A stretch of DNA of 64,000 nt from Vicinamibacterales bacterium (GTDB taxonomy: Bacteria; Acidobacteriota; Vicinamibacteria; Vicinamibacterales; UBA8438): assembly GCA_963663195.1 (NCBI GenBank), contig OY760136.1, positions 4,030,300-4,094,299 on the forward strand, in the 5' to 3' direction. Of the stretch, positions 26,372-35,765 are shown piece after piece; the stretch's first letter is position 1, and every line of letters starts with the position of its first letter. A program made the position numbers and the translations under genes. Under the pieces are notes generated by a model. It was given only the letters and a program-made list of their open reading frames with translations. It did no database searches and was not told the origin of the DNA.

Positions 26372-26537
26372 CCCGCATTTCTCACCAGCGTTCGTCGTGA
26401 GGGCGTCGAGGCGCCGCGGTGGCGGGTCGCACGGACTAGGTGACAGCCGCGCACGGCGCGGCCCGGCCAGCGCGGCGCGGGGCTACGGGGTCCCCGCTAG
26501 CGCTGGCCGAGGGGCTTGGGGGCGCAGCCCCCATCTA
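26372..26537. mobile_element. MITE-like repeat, copy C (short arm + central module only; truncated, single TIR)
   Basis: CCCGCATTTCTCACCAGCGTTCGTCGTGAGGGCGTCGAGGCGCC.. matches the short arm of copies A and B. An inverted central module follows, ending ..GGGGGCGCAGCCCCCATCTA. No second TIR is present. Confidence 0.7.
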
Positions 26538-26615
26538 ACGAAGTCGCGCTTTATAACCGCCCCGGTTGGTGCTACCCTTTGCATGACTTGTATCCAGGCG
26601 CCAACCGAAAGGTAA

Positions 26616-28031
26616 ATGGTGATGACGGTCAAGACATTCCGCGGTAATTTCCTATCCCTGGCAGGCTGCGCAGCGTTCGTCGGGCTCATTCTGGCCACGG
26701 CGCCCGCCGCCGCAGCCGAGCGGGAAGCCGATGTGACGTTCACCAGGGACGTCGCGCCGATAATGCAGCGCTCGTGCGAGAAGTGCCACCGCCCGCGCGG
26801 CGGCGCGCCGATGGCCCTGATCAGCTACCAGGACGTGCGCCCGTGGGCGCGTTCGATCAAGAACCGCACACAGTCGCGCGAGATGCCGCCCTGGTTCATC
26901 GACAAGAACATCGGCATCCAGCACTACAAGGACGACCCCTCGTTGAGCGACGAGGAGATCGCGACCATCGCGGCCTGGGTGGACAATGGCGCCCCGCGGG
27001 GCAATCCGGAAGACCTTCCGCCGCCGACCGTGTGGCCGGCCGACGGCTGGACCTACGGCACGCCCGATCTGATCGTACCGTCACCCGAGGGGACGGTCGA
27101 GGCGGACGCGGCCGACTGGTTCGGTGAGTGGGGCTACACCCCGAGCGGCCTGACCGAAGACCGTTACGTGCAGGCGATCGAGGTGAAGGAAGTCCGCCTC
27201 CACGAGGAACAGGCGGAAGTGAACGACGACGGCCGGGCCGCCCTGGGACTGTTTGTCGTGCATCACGCGGTGCTCACCGCCGAGTCGCCGCAGGATACCG
27301 GCGGACCGGCGAATTGCGGCAGGCGGACGTTCTGCGGGGAACGGGACAACGAGTTCACCCTGGTGCACGAGCTGGGGCAGAACGCAACGGTCTATCCCGA
27401 CGACGTCGGCGTCCTGCTGCCGGCCGGGTCGGTGATCACGTTCAACTCGATGCACCTGCACTCGATCGGCCGCGAGGTTCGCGCGCGGCTCGACGTCGGC
27501 TTCACGCTCCATCCGAAGGACTACGAGCCGAAATACAAGCTGGGCCTCACCAGCCTGGGCCGCGCGACGCAATACGACTACGAGTTCGACATCCCCTCGG
27601 ACGACGACAACGTGATGCGCGACGGCTTCCACCGCCTGGATCAGCCGACAAAGATGTTGACGTTCGAGCCGCACCTGCACTCCAGCGGCAAGCGGATGTG
27701 CTTCGAGGCGCTCTATCCGAACAATGCGCGCGAGATGCTGAGCTGCGCCGACTACGACCACAACTGGGCCAAGGTGTACGTCTTCGAGGATGACGTCGCG
27801 CCGCTGCTGCCGGCCGGGACGGTCGTCCGCGTGATGTCCTGGTACAACAACTCCGAAACGAACAAGAACGTGGTCGACCCGCGCAACTGGAAGGGCTGGG
27901 GCAATCGCTCCATCGACGACATGATGTCCGGCATCACCCGCATGGTGCACATGACGCAGGAGCAGTTCGACGCGGAGGTCGCCGCGCGCGGCGGTTCGTT
28001 CGCGTTCGCCAACTCGCAGGATCAGCAGTAG
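26616..28031 (+). CDS. Exported heme-c (CXXCH) protein with copper type-II monooxygenase-like His motifs
   Basis: A signal peptide is followed by FTRDVAPIMQRSCEKCHRP..REMPPW, a c-type heme site with a candidate Met ligand. Downstream motifs are VVHHAVL, NSMHLHSIG and FEPHLHSSGKRMCFE, i.e. HH / HxH / HxH..M patterns like the CuH/CuM sites of PHM/DBH-type enzymes. The domain call is from motif memory only. Confidence 0.7.
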   Translation: MVMTVKTFRGNFLSLAGCAAFVGLILATAPAAAAEREADVTFTRDVAPIMQRSCEKCHRPRGGAPMALISYQDVRPWARSIKNRTQSREMPPWFIDKNIGIQHYKDDPSLSDEEIATIAAWVDNGAPRGNPEDLPPPTVWPADGWTYGTPDLIVPSPEGTVEADAADWFGEWGYTPSGLTEDRYVQAIEVKEVRLHEEQAEVNDDGRAALGLFVVHHAVLTAESPQDTGGPANCGRRTFCGERDNEFTLVHELGQNATVYPDDVGVLLPAGSVITFNSMHLHSIGREVRARLDVGFTLHPKDYEPKYKLGLTSLGRATQYDYEFDIPSDDDNVMRDGFHRLDQPTKMLTFEPHLHSSGKRMCFEALYPNNAREMLSCADYDHNWAKVYVFEDDVAPLLPAGTVVRVMSWYNNSETNKNVVDPRNWKGWGNRSIDDMMSGITRMVHMTQEQFDAEVAARGGSFAFANSQDQQ

Positions 28032-28059
28032 CGGCCACATCCCGCCGCCTGACGCAAGC

Positions 28060-28578
28060 ATGCCTGTCCGGTTCCCGGCGCCGCTCCTGGCCGCGCTGGG
28101 TTTCGCTCTGCTTGTCCCTTTCGAGACCGGCGTGCAGGCGCAGGCGCCTACCGACTCCAACATCGCCGCCGGCATGCGCATCTACCGCCAGAAGGCCGAC
28201 TGCCAGTCGTGCCACGGTTGGGCCGGCGACGGCCGCAAGATGGACAATCAGATGCCGGACGGCGCGAACCTGCGCACGAGCAGCCTCGACCGCGAACAGT
28301 TGATCTTCGTGATCAAGTGCGGCCTGCCCGGCCGCGAAATGCCGGCGTTCGACCGCCTCGCCTACAGCGACGAGCGCTGCCTGGGACGCACGCGCGCGGA
28401 CCTGCGGCGCATGGGGCTGACGCTCCCGGATCCCGCCGCCACGCTGCAGGCGCGCGAGATCGAGCGGCTCGCGGATTTCCTGTTCGCCAAGGTGATCGGA
28501 CAGGGTCCGATGGACCGGGCCGCGTGCATCGACTACTGGGGCTCCGACGTCGCGGTGTGCTCGGACCTGCCGCGCTGA
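28060..28578 (+). CDS. Monoheme c-type cytochrome, exported
   Basis: Signal peptide, a single CQSCH heme motif and a downstream GREMPAF candidate Met ligand; 172 aa. Its stop is 3 nt from the stop of the convergent PQQ alcohol dehydrogenase gene. Confidence 0.85.
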   Translation: MPVRFPAPLLAALGFALLVPFETGVQAQAPTDSNIAAGMRIYRQKADCQSCHGWAGDGRKMDNQMPDGANLRTSSLDREQLIFVIKCGLPGREMPAFDRLAYSDERCLGRTRADLRRMGLTLPDPAATLQAREIERLADFLFAKVIGQGPMDRAACIDYWGSDVAVCSDLPR

Positions 28579-28581
28579 GCG

Positions 28582-30342
28582 CTAATTCCCGAGAGCGAAA
28601 ACAAACAGGTAGCTCGACGTCTCCAGGTTGTCGTACTTCACCGGGTGGTGGTGGCGGCCGCTCGCCTGCACCGCCAGGTACTGCTTCGGACCCACGGCGT
28701 AGGTCACCGGCGCCCCCTTGAGCGGCGTGCCGACGTTGAAGCGCCACAGCTCCTGCAGCGTCTCGTCGTGGTAGGCGACCACCCAGCCGTCCTGCAGCGC
28801 CGTGAACACCAGCCCGCCGGCCGTGCTGATGATGCCCGAGCGCACTTCGATCTCGGTGACCGCCTTGGCGATCAGCTCGTGCGAGTCGGTGTCGACCGCG
28901 GCGACCGAGCCGTAGTACAGGTCGCTGGTGTACTCGCGGCGCTCGCTCGCCTCCCGGTCGACGCCCCCCTCCGGAGAAAGCGGCACGACCTCGGCGCCGC
29001 TCTGTGAGAAGCAGCCCTCGGTGCCCACGCCGTAGGCGATCCCCTTCTCCGGATTGAACGCGGTCGGCTGGTGTGCGATGCCGCCGTGCCAGGTCGGACA
29101 GGCGCGCTTCATGCGGTCGCGGTCGGCGCGCAGCGCGCGTGCTTCCGGGTTGTAGATCTGCACGTCGAGATTCGGGTCGTAGTCGATCGGACGACCGCTG
29201 ACCGGGTCCAGGCCGGCGGTCCAGTTGAGGTCGTTCACGTACTGCTCCGCCTTGATGAAGGCCCCGGTGGCGCGGTCGAGCGAATAGAAGAACCCGTTGC
29301 GCGCGAAGTGGGAAACGACGTTGCGCAGGCGGCCGTCGATCACGGTGTCGTACAGCATGTGGACGCCCACTTCGTCATAGTCCCACGAGTCGTTCGGCGT
29401 GTACTGGAAGTGCCAGACGCGCTCGCCCGTGGCGACATTCACGGCCACGACCGAGTCGGTGTACAGGTTGTCGCCGGGGCGGTACTCCGCGTCGTAGATC
29501 GGGTAGGGATTGCCCGTACCAAATATGTACAGGTTGGTCTGCGGATCGTACGAGCCGGTCTGCCAGATGCCGCCGCCGCCCGTCTTCCAGGCGTTGTGCT
29601 CGTCCTTCCAGGTCTCGCTGCCGGGCTGGCCCGGCTCCGGCACGACGTACCAGCGCCACTTTTCCTCGCCGGTCTCCACGTCGAGCCCGGCGACCCAGCC
29701 GCGCGTGCCGGCGTCGCCGGTGCCGTTCTGGATGATGACCGTCCCGTCCGCCACGAGCGGCGCCGCGCGGAAGGCTTCGCGACCGCCGAACTCCGTCTGC
29801 TGCGCGATTTCCCGGTCCCAGAGGATCTCCCCGGTGTCGCGGTCGAGGGCGATGACGCGGCCGTCCGGCAGGTTCGCCACCACAAGATCCTCCCAGAGCG
29901 CGATGCCGCGCGTGCGCGAGGTGTTGCCCTCGTGCTCCACGCCCGGGTCGGCAATCCACGCGAACGCTCCCCGGTCCGGCTGCCGCGCGTCGATCTTGTA
30001 GATGGTGCCCCAGCCGTCGCTGGTGTACATGAAGCCGTTGTCCACGAGCGGGTTCAGCTCGTTCTCCGGTCCGTTGCGGCCGGTGTCCTGCATGCCGCCG
30101 AGCGCCAGCGCCCACACCATCCGCAGGTCGCCGACGTTGTCGCGGTTGATCTGCGTCAGCTTCGAATAGCGCTGCGAGCCGTAGTCACCGTTCATCAGGA
30201 GCCAGTTCTGCGGCTCGTTCTGGGCGTTGATCAGGCGGTCCCGGTTGACCGTGATCGAGTACTGCCCCCCGGGCGCGGCGGCCCACACGGTAACGATGAC
30301 GGCGCACGCCAGAAACGTCCTCAGCAACGGCTTGTGGTGCAT
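28582..30342 (-). CDS. PQQ-dependent alcohol (methanol/ethanol) dehydrogenase family protein, XoxF/ExaA-like
   Basis: GGAGG lies upstream of ATG 30342 (MHHKPLLRTF..). Motifs are NWLLMNGDYGSQRYSKLTQINRDNV, GWVAGLDVETGEEKWRWY, NDSWDYDEVG and a C-terminal ..PVTYAVGPKQYLAVQASG.. The vicinal Cys-Cys seen in the other two paralogues is absent. Confidence 0.88.
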   Translation of the reverse strand: MHHKPLLRTFLACAVIVTVWAAAPGGQYSITVNRDRLINAQNEPQNWLLMNGDYGSQRYSKLTQINRDNVGDLRMVWALALGGMQDTGRNGPENELNPLVDNGFMYTSDGWGTIYKIDARQPDRGAFAWIADPGVEHEGNTSRTRGIALWEDLVVANLPDGRVIALDRDTGEILWDREIAQQTEFGGREAFRAAPLVADGTVIIQNGTGDAGTRGWVAGLDVETGEEKWRWYVVPEPGQPGSETWKDEHNAWKTGGGGIWQTGSYDPQTNLYIFGTGNPYPIYDAEYRPGDNLYTDSVVAVNVATGERVWHFQYTPNDSWDYDEVGVHMLYDTVIDGRLRNVVSHFARNGFFYSLDRATGAFIKAEQYVNDLNWTAGLDPVSGRPIDYDPNLDVQIYNPEARALRADRDRMKRACPTWHGGIAHQPTAFNPEKGIAYGVGTEGCFSQSGAEVVPLSPEGGVDREASERREYTSDLYYGSVAAVDTDSHELIAKAVTEIEVRSGIISTAGGLVFTALQDGWVVAYHDETLQELWRFNVGTPLKGAPVTYAVGPKQYLAVQASGRHHHPVKYDNLETSSYLFVFALGN

Positions 30343-30448
30343 CACGTATTCCTCCCCCGGGATGCGGCTCGCCACGGGCTGGTTACATCTTACCGAGTTT
30401 GCGGCGCAGGGCCGCGGGAAACTCGGGGGTGTTATCCTGAAACCCGCC

Positions 30449-32143
30449 ATGAAGCCAACGCCGACCGCACGCGGCATCCTGCTGGCACTATTCCTGGGCG
30501 GCATGGCCGTCGCCAACCTGCCCGCCCAGGTGTCGTTCGAGCGCCTGCGCGAGGCGGCGGGCGAATCGCGCAACTGGCTGACCTACTCCGGCAGCTATTT
30601 CAGTCAGCGCCACAGCGCGCTCGACCAGATCACGCCGGCCAACGTCGGCGACCTGGAGCTGCAGTGGATGTACCAGGCGCCCGTCTTCGGCCCCTGGCAG
30701 GCGACGCCCATCGTGGTCGACGGCGTGATGTACGTCTCACAGCGGCCGAACGACATCGTCGCGCTCGACGCCCGCACGGGCCGCGTGTTCTGGGTCTACA
30801 GCTACCCCACCCCCTCCGACCACCGCGCCTGCTGCGGGGCAAACAATCGCGGCGTCGCGGTGCTCGACGGCCGGGTGTTCATGGCCACGCTCGACGCGCA
30901 CGTCGTCGCGATTGACGCATCCTCCGGCGCCCAGCTGTGGGACGTCGAGGTGGCCGACAGGCACCTCGCATACTCCTTCACCCTGTCGCCGCTGGCCGTC
31001 AAGGACAAGGTCATCGTCGGTACGACCGGCGGCGACCGCGGCATCCGCGGCTTCATCTCCGCGTTCGACGCCGAGACCGGCGAGGAGGCCTGGCGCTTCT
31101 ACACCATTCCCGGCCCGGGCGAGCCGGGGCATGAGACCTGGGAGCCGTGCCCGCCGAACCCGGAGACCTATTGCGACCCGGAGGCGTGGAAGCACGGCGG
31201 CGGCGCGGCCTGGCTGACCGGGTCGTACGACCCCGAGCTCGACCTCATCTACTGGGGCATCGGCAACCCCGGGCCGGACTTCTTCCGCGAGCAGCGGCCG
31301 GGCGACAACCTGTACACCAGCTCGGTCGTTGCGCTGGACGCCGACAGCGGGGAGATCCGCTGGCATTTCCAGTTCACGCCCGACGACCCCTACGACTACG
31401 ACGCGGTGCAGATTCCGGTGCTGGCGGACATCGAGCGCGGCGGCACGCTGTTCAAGGTGATGCTGTGGGCCAACCGCAACGGGTTCTACTACGTGCTGGA
31501 CCGCGCGACGGGCCGCTTCCTGAGCGGCGTGCCGTTCATATCATTGAACTGGGCGGCGGGTCTGGATGACAGCGGGCGTCCGATCGAGACGCCGCAGCCG
31601 CCCGGTGAGCCGACCTATCCGGGCGTGCAGGGCGGCACGAACTGGTTCTCCCCGTCCTACAGTCCGCGCACGGAGCTGTTCTACATCCCGACCTGGGAGG
31701 ACTACGCGTCGGTCTTCGGGGGCGAGCCGCAGGAGCACGAGCCCGGCGAGTCGTTCCTGGGCGGCCTTCCGGGCGGCTTCGCGCCGGTGGCAGACGCGCC
31801 GCGGCTGCCCGGGCTCTCGCGCGGGCCAATCAATACGTGGACCGATGAGGTCGCCCACGGGGCGGTGCTCGCGATCGACGCGCTCACCGGCGAGCCGCGC
31901 TGGAAGTTCGAGATGACCGACGTCATCGGCAGCGGCATCCTGACAACCGCTTCCGACCTGCTCTTCACCGGCGCGCGGTCGGGCTACTTCCAGGCCCTGG
32001 ACGCGCGCACGGGGAACCTGCTGTGGAAGGCGAGTCTGGGCAGCCAGATCATCAACGGCCCGGTAACCTACGAGGTGGACGGCAAGCAGTACGTGGCGAC
32101 CATCTCCGGCCACGCCCTCGCCGCCTTCGCGCTCCGCGACTGA
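30449..32143 (+). CDS. PQQ-dependent dehydrogenase (methanol/ethanol family), paralogue 2 of the 13537..15225 gene
   Basis: ATG 30449 (MKPTPTARGILLALFLGGMAVANLPAQ) lies inside ORF 30227..32143. The product is collinear with the 13537 product and includes ACCGANNRG, CPPNPETYCDPEAWKHGG and YDYDAVQIPVLADIERGG. Confidence 0.88.
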   Translation: MKPTPTARGILLALFLGGMAVANLPAQVSFERLREAAGESRNWLTYSGSYFSQRHSALDQITPANVGDLELQWMYQAPVFGPWQATPIVVDGVMYVSQRPNDIVALDARTGRVFWVYSYPTPSDHRACCGANNRGVAVLDGRVFMATLDAHVVAIDASSGAQLWDVEVADRHLAYSFTLSPLAVKDKVIVGTTGGDRGIRGFISAFDAETGEEAWRFYTIPGPGEPGHETWEPCPPNPETYCDPEAWKHGGGAAWLTGSYDPELDLIYWGIGNPGPDFFREQRPGDNLYTSSVVALDADSGEIRWHFQFTPDDPYDYDAVQIPVLADIERGGTLFKVMLWANRNGFYYVLDRATGRFLSGVPFISLNWAAGLDDSGRPIETPQPPGEPTYPGVQGGTNWFSPSYSPRTELFYIPTWEDYASVFGGEPQEHEPGESFLGGLPGGFAPVADAPRLPGLSRGPINTWTDEVAHGAVLAIDALTGEPRWKFEMTDVIGSGILTTASDLLFTGARSGYFQALDARTGNLLWKASLGSQIINGPVTYEVDGKQYVATISGHALAAFALRD

Positions 32144-32172
32144 TACGGCGCACGCCCCCGCCACACCTTTCC

Positions 32173-34539
32173 ATGCCGTCCCCTGCCAGCGCCGTCCGCA
32201 TGCGGGCCGTAGGGTGCGTACCGCTGGCGCTGATGCTTGCGGCAAGCCATGCCCAGGGCGGCCAGCAGGCGGCGGAGCCACAACCCGCGGCAGGCCAACC
32301 GGCTACCGGCCTCGCCCTGCCGATGCCAATTATCGACGCTCCTCCGCCCCCGACTGCCCCTGCTGTCATCGCCCGTGACGCGGCGGGCCGCGCCACCGTC
32401 CGCGCCGTGCGGCTCACCGGCCCGTTCACGCTCGACGGGCGGCTCGACGACGCGATCTACGCCGACGTTCCGGCGCTCTCCGACTTCGTGCAGCAGGAGC
32501 CGCGCGAGGGCGAGCCGGCCACGGAACGGACGGAAGTGTGGGTGTTCTTCGACGACGAGCGGGTCTACTTTTCCTTCCGCTGCTGGGAGACCGAGCCGGA
32601 ACGGTTGATCGCCAACGAGATGCGGCGCGACAACGTCAACGTGTACCAGAACGACCACGTCGCGTGGGTGATCGACACGTTCTACGACCGCCGCAACGGG
32701 CTGGAGTTCCTGGTGAATCCGCTGGGCGGCCGTATGGACGGGCAGATCACCTCCGAGAGGTTCTACAACGAGGACTGGAATCCGATCTGGGACGTCGCCG
32801 TGGGGCGATTCGACGGCGGCTGGACGGTGGAGACCGCCGTCCCGTTCAAGTCGATCCGCTACCGGCCCGGCCGCAGCCAGCTCTGGGGCTTCAACGTGCG
32901 CCGCGTGAACTTCGCGAAGAACGAGCATTCGTTCCTGACGCCAGTGCCCCGTTCGCTCGCCGACGCCGCCATCTTTCAGATGTCCCGGCACGCCGCGCTC
33001 GTCGGCATCGAAGCGCCTCCAGAGTCGACCCAGCTCGACATCAAGCCGTTCGCCATCATGGACGTGACCAGCGACCACCTGGCCAGTCCGCGCATCTCGA
33101 ACGATCCCGGCGGCAGCGCCGGCCTGGACGTGAAGTACGGCCTGACGCAGAACCTGGTGGCAGACCTCACGGTGAACACTGACTTCGCGCACGTCGAGGC
33201 AGACGAGCAACAGGTAAACCTCACCCGTTTCAGCCTGTTCTTTCCCGAGAAGCGGGAGTTCTTCGTTGAGAACCAGGGCGTGTTCGCGTTCGGCGGGGCG
33301 GGCACCGGGCCGTTCGGCGGCGGCGGCAGCACGCCCGTGCTCTTCTACAGCCGGCGCATCGGACTCGCCGGGAGTGAACACGCCGCGCCGGTCGAGGTGC
33401 CGATCCACGCCGGGGGGCGCATGACCGGCCGCGTCGGCCAATTCACCGTCGGCGCGCTGAACATGCAGACCGGCGACTCGCCGTCCGCCGCCGCGCCGGC
33501 CACGAACTTCACGGTGGTCCGCGTCAAGCGGGACGTCCTGCGGCGCAGCAGCATCGGCGGCATCTTCACCCGGCGGACCGTTACGCGGGACGGCGGCCCC
33601 TGGAACGAGACGTACGGCCTGGACGGCACGTTCTCCTTCTTCGACGACCTGACCCTCAATACCTACTGGGCGCAGACCCGTGCGCCCGAGCGCCTGGACG
33701 ACGACGTCAGCTATCGCGCCCAGCTCGACTACAACGGCGACCGCTACGGCGTGCAGCTCGAGCGGCTGGCCGTCGGGGACGGCTTCAAACCCGAAGTCGG
33801 CTTCCTGCAGCGCGAGGACTTCGAGCGCAGCTTCGGCCTGTTGCGGTTCAGCCCGCGGCCGCATGCCATCGCTGCGATACGCAAGCTGATCTGGGAGGGC
33901 AGCTTCGACTACTTCACGGACCGCTCGGGCGTGCTGGAGACGCGCATCGCGCAGGGCCGCTTCGGCATACAGTTCGAGAACGGCGACATCTTCGACGCCG
34001 CCTACACGCGCAGCTACGAGTTCCTGGAGCGGCCGTTCGAAATCGCCAGCGGCATTGCGATACCGGTCGGCGGACACCCGTTCCAGGACGTCGATATCTC
34101 CTACTCACTGGCCCAGCAGCGGGCACTGGGCGGCACGGTGGGCGTACAGCACGGCAGCTTCTACAACGGCCGCAAGACGAGCGTGCGCTTCGGATCGCGC
34201 GGCTTTGGAGTCGGCCGCTTCGAGCTCTCGCAGCAGCTCTCGGTAGAGCCGGGGTTCGAGCTGAACCGCATCAGCCTGCCGCAGGCTGAGTTCACCACGC
34301 AGCTCGTGACGACCCGCACCACCTACACGGCGACGCCGCAGATGTTCGTCAGCGCGCTGCTGCAGTACAACTCGACCAACAACTCCGTCGGCGCCAACGT
34401 GCGGCTACGCTGGGAATACCAGCCGGGCAGCGAGCTGTTCATCGTCTACAACGAACAACGCAACACGCTGTCACCCCGCTTCCCGCTGCTGGAGAACCGC
34501 GCGTTCATCGTCAAGCTGAACCGGTTGTTCCGGTTCTGA
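32173..34539 (+). CDS. DUF5916 / CBM9-like outer-membrane protein, paralogue 1
   Basis: ATG 32173 or 32200. After a signal peptide come LDGRLDDAIYADVPALSDFVQQEP..ERTEVWVFFDDERVYFSF.., GWTVETAVPFKSIRY and DFAHVEADEQQVNLTRFSLFFPEKREFF. The protein ends ..IVKLNRLFRF. Confidence 0.75.
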   Translation: MPSPASAVRMRAVGCVPLALMLAASHAQGGQQAAEPQPAAGQPATGLALPMPIIDAPPPPTAPAVIARDAAGRATVRAVRLTGPFTLDGRLDDAIYADVPALSDFVQQEPREGEPATERTEVWVFFDDERVYFSFRCWETEPERLIANEMRRDNVNVYQNDHVAWVIDTFYDRRNGLEFLVNPLGGRMDGQITSERFYNEDWNPIWDVAVGRFDGGWTVETAVPFKSIRYRPGRSQLWGFNVRRVNFAKNEHSFLTPVPRSLADAAIFQMSRHAALVGIEAPPESTQLDIKPFAIMDVTSDHLASPRISNDPGGSAGLDVKYGLTQNLVADLTVNTDFAHVEADEQQVNLTRFSLFFPEKREFFVENQGVFAFGGAGTGPFGGGGSTPVLFYSRRIGLAGSEHAAPVEVPIHAGGRMTGRVGQFTVGALNMQTGDSPSAAAPATNFTVVRVKRDVLRRSSIGGIFTRRTVTRDGGPWNETYGLDGTFSFFDDLTLNTYWAQTRAPERLDDDVSYRAQLDYNGDRYGVQLERLAVGDGFKPEVGFLQREDFERSFGLLRFSPRPHAIAAIRKLIWEGSFDYFTDRSGVLETRIAQGRFGIQFENGDIFDAAYTRSYEFLERPFEIASGIAIPVGGHPFQDVDISYSLAQQRALGGTVGVQHGSFYNGRKTSVRFGSRGFGVGRFELSQQLSVEPGFELNRISLPQAEFTTQLVTTRTTYTATPQMFVSALLQYNSTNNSVGANVRLRWEYQPGSELFIVYNEQRNTLSPRFPLLENRAFIVKLNRLFRF

Positions 34540-34569
34540 AGCGCCGCTCCCGGCCCAGAGCGCGGCCCG

Positions 34570-35634
34570 CTACTGGAGGTGCTCCAGCAGGAAGTCGCCC
34601 AGCTCGGCGTACACCTGCTGCGACTCCGGCGAGTCCGCCACGATCATGTAGTCCGCGTGCGACATGCCCTCGTACACGTTGAGGTCCGCGACCACGCCTG
34701 CCTCGCGCAGCTTGCGGTGCACCCGCACCGTGTCGCTGAGCAGCATGTCGCGCGTGCCGCTGACGAGGTACGCGGGCGGAAACCCGTCGAAATCGCCGTA
34801 GAGCGGGGAAATGAGCCGGTGCGTCAGCTCGTGGTTGCCGGCGTACAGCCGCGCTGCGCCGCCGATCCAGCCGTTGTAGGTCAGCAGCACGCGGTCGATC
34901 GCCTCGTTCGTGTGCAGCGTGTCGCTGGCGTCGGTCAGGTCCGCCCACGGCGTGCCCAGGTAGATGGCGCCCGGCACGTCGACGCCCAGCTCGATCAGCT
35001 TGTGCACTGTCGCCAGCGTCAGCCCGCCGCCCGCCGAGGTGCCCCCTAACGCGATGGAGCTGGCCGGGCGGTTCTCGAGCATGTGCCGATACACGGCGAC
35101 CGCGTCATCGACCGCGGCCGGGAATGGATGCGCCGGCGGCATGCGGTAGTCGACCGCCAGGACCTGGATGCGCGCGCGGTTGGCGATCAGCACCGCCTCC
35201 ATCACGCCGGCCTCGCCGCCGCCGACCACATACGCGCCGCCGTGCACGTAGATGAAGCGGTGACCATCGTTCCGGGGATCCTCGTTATCGGGCATCACCC
35301 GGAAAGTCGGCACCCCCTCGACCTCGAACTGGTCGATCTTCACGTTGAACGCCGCCGAAAGCGGCTCGAGCGTGCCGACGGCCGCACCGTCGCGCTGCTG
35401 CACGAACTCTTCCCACTCCGCCGCCGTCGACGGCGTGGTGTCGGCGATCGGCATCATCGGCATCGCCGCGATCGAGTCGCGCAGCGCCTGGCTGGCCGCG
35501 GCCGGAACCGGAATGTCCCGCGCGTCGATGGTCCTCGAGGACCCCTGCGCAAATCCCGCCGGCGCGCCGATCCACGCAACGGCAACCCACCCGATCAACA
35601 TCATCACGGCCGCGACGGTCAGACCCTTCTTCAT
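34570..35634 (-). CDS. Exported alpha/beta hydrolase (Abhydrolase_3 / HSL-type esterase)
   Basis: Signal peptide, IYVHGGAY (HGG oxyanion motif), GGTSAGG (GxSxG) and a C-terminal ..YEGMSHADY.. Confidence 0.85.
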   Translation of the reverse strand: MKKGLTVAAVMMLIGWVAVAWIGAPAGFAQGSSRTIDARDIPVPAAASQALRDSIAAMPMMPIADTTPSTAAEWEEFVQQRDGAAVGTLEPLSAAFNVKIDQFEVEGVPTFRVMPDNEDPRNDGHRFIYVHGGAYVVGGGEAGVMEAVLIANRARIQVLAVDYRMPPAHPFPAAVDDAVAVYRHMLENRPASSIALGGTSAGGGLTLATVHKLIELGVDVPGAIYLGTPWADLTDASDTLHTNEAIDRVLLTYNGWIGGAARLYAGNHELTHRLISPLYGDFDGFPPAYLVSGTRDMLLSDTVRVHRKLREAGVVADLNVYEGMSHADYMIVADSPESQQVYAELGDFLLEHLQ

Positions 35635-35765
35635 GCGTTCCCCCTGATACTTTCCAGTCGTTTGGTGGATCTTACCAGCCCCGGCGCTACCACCCGACTC
35701 GACATCGACATGCGGCTCGGTTGAGTAAGATCAGCAGCGCCTGAAACCGTTCACGGAGGAAATCC

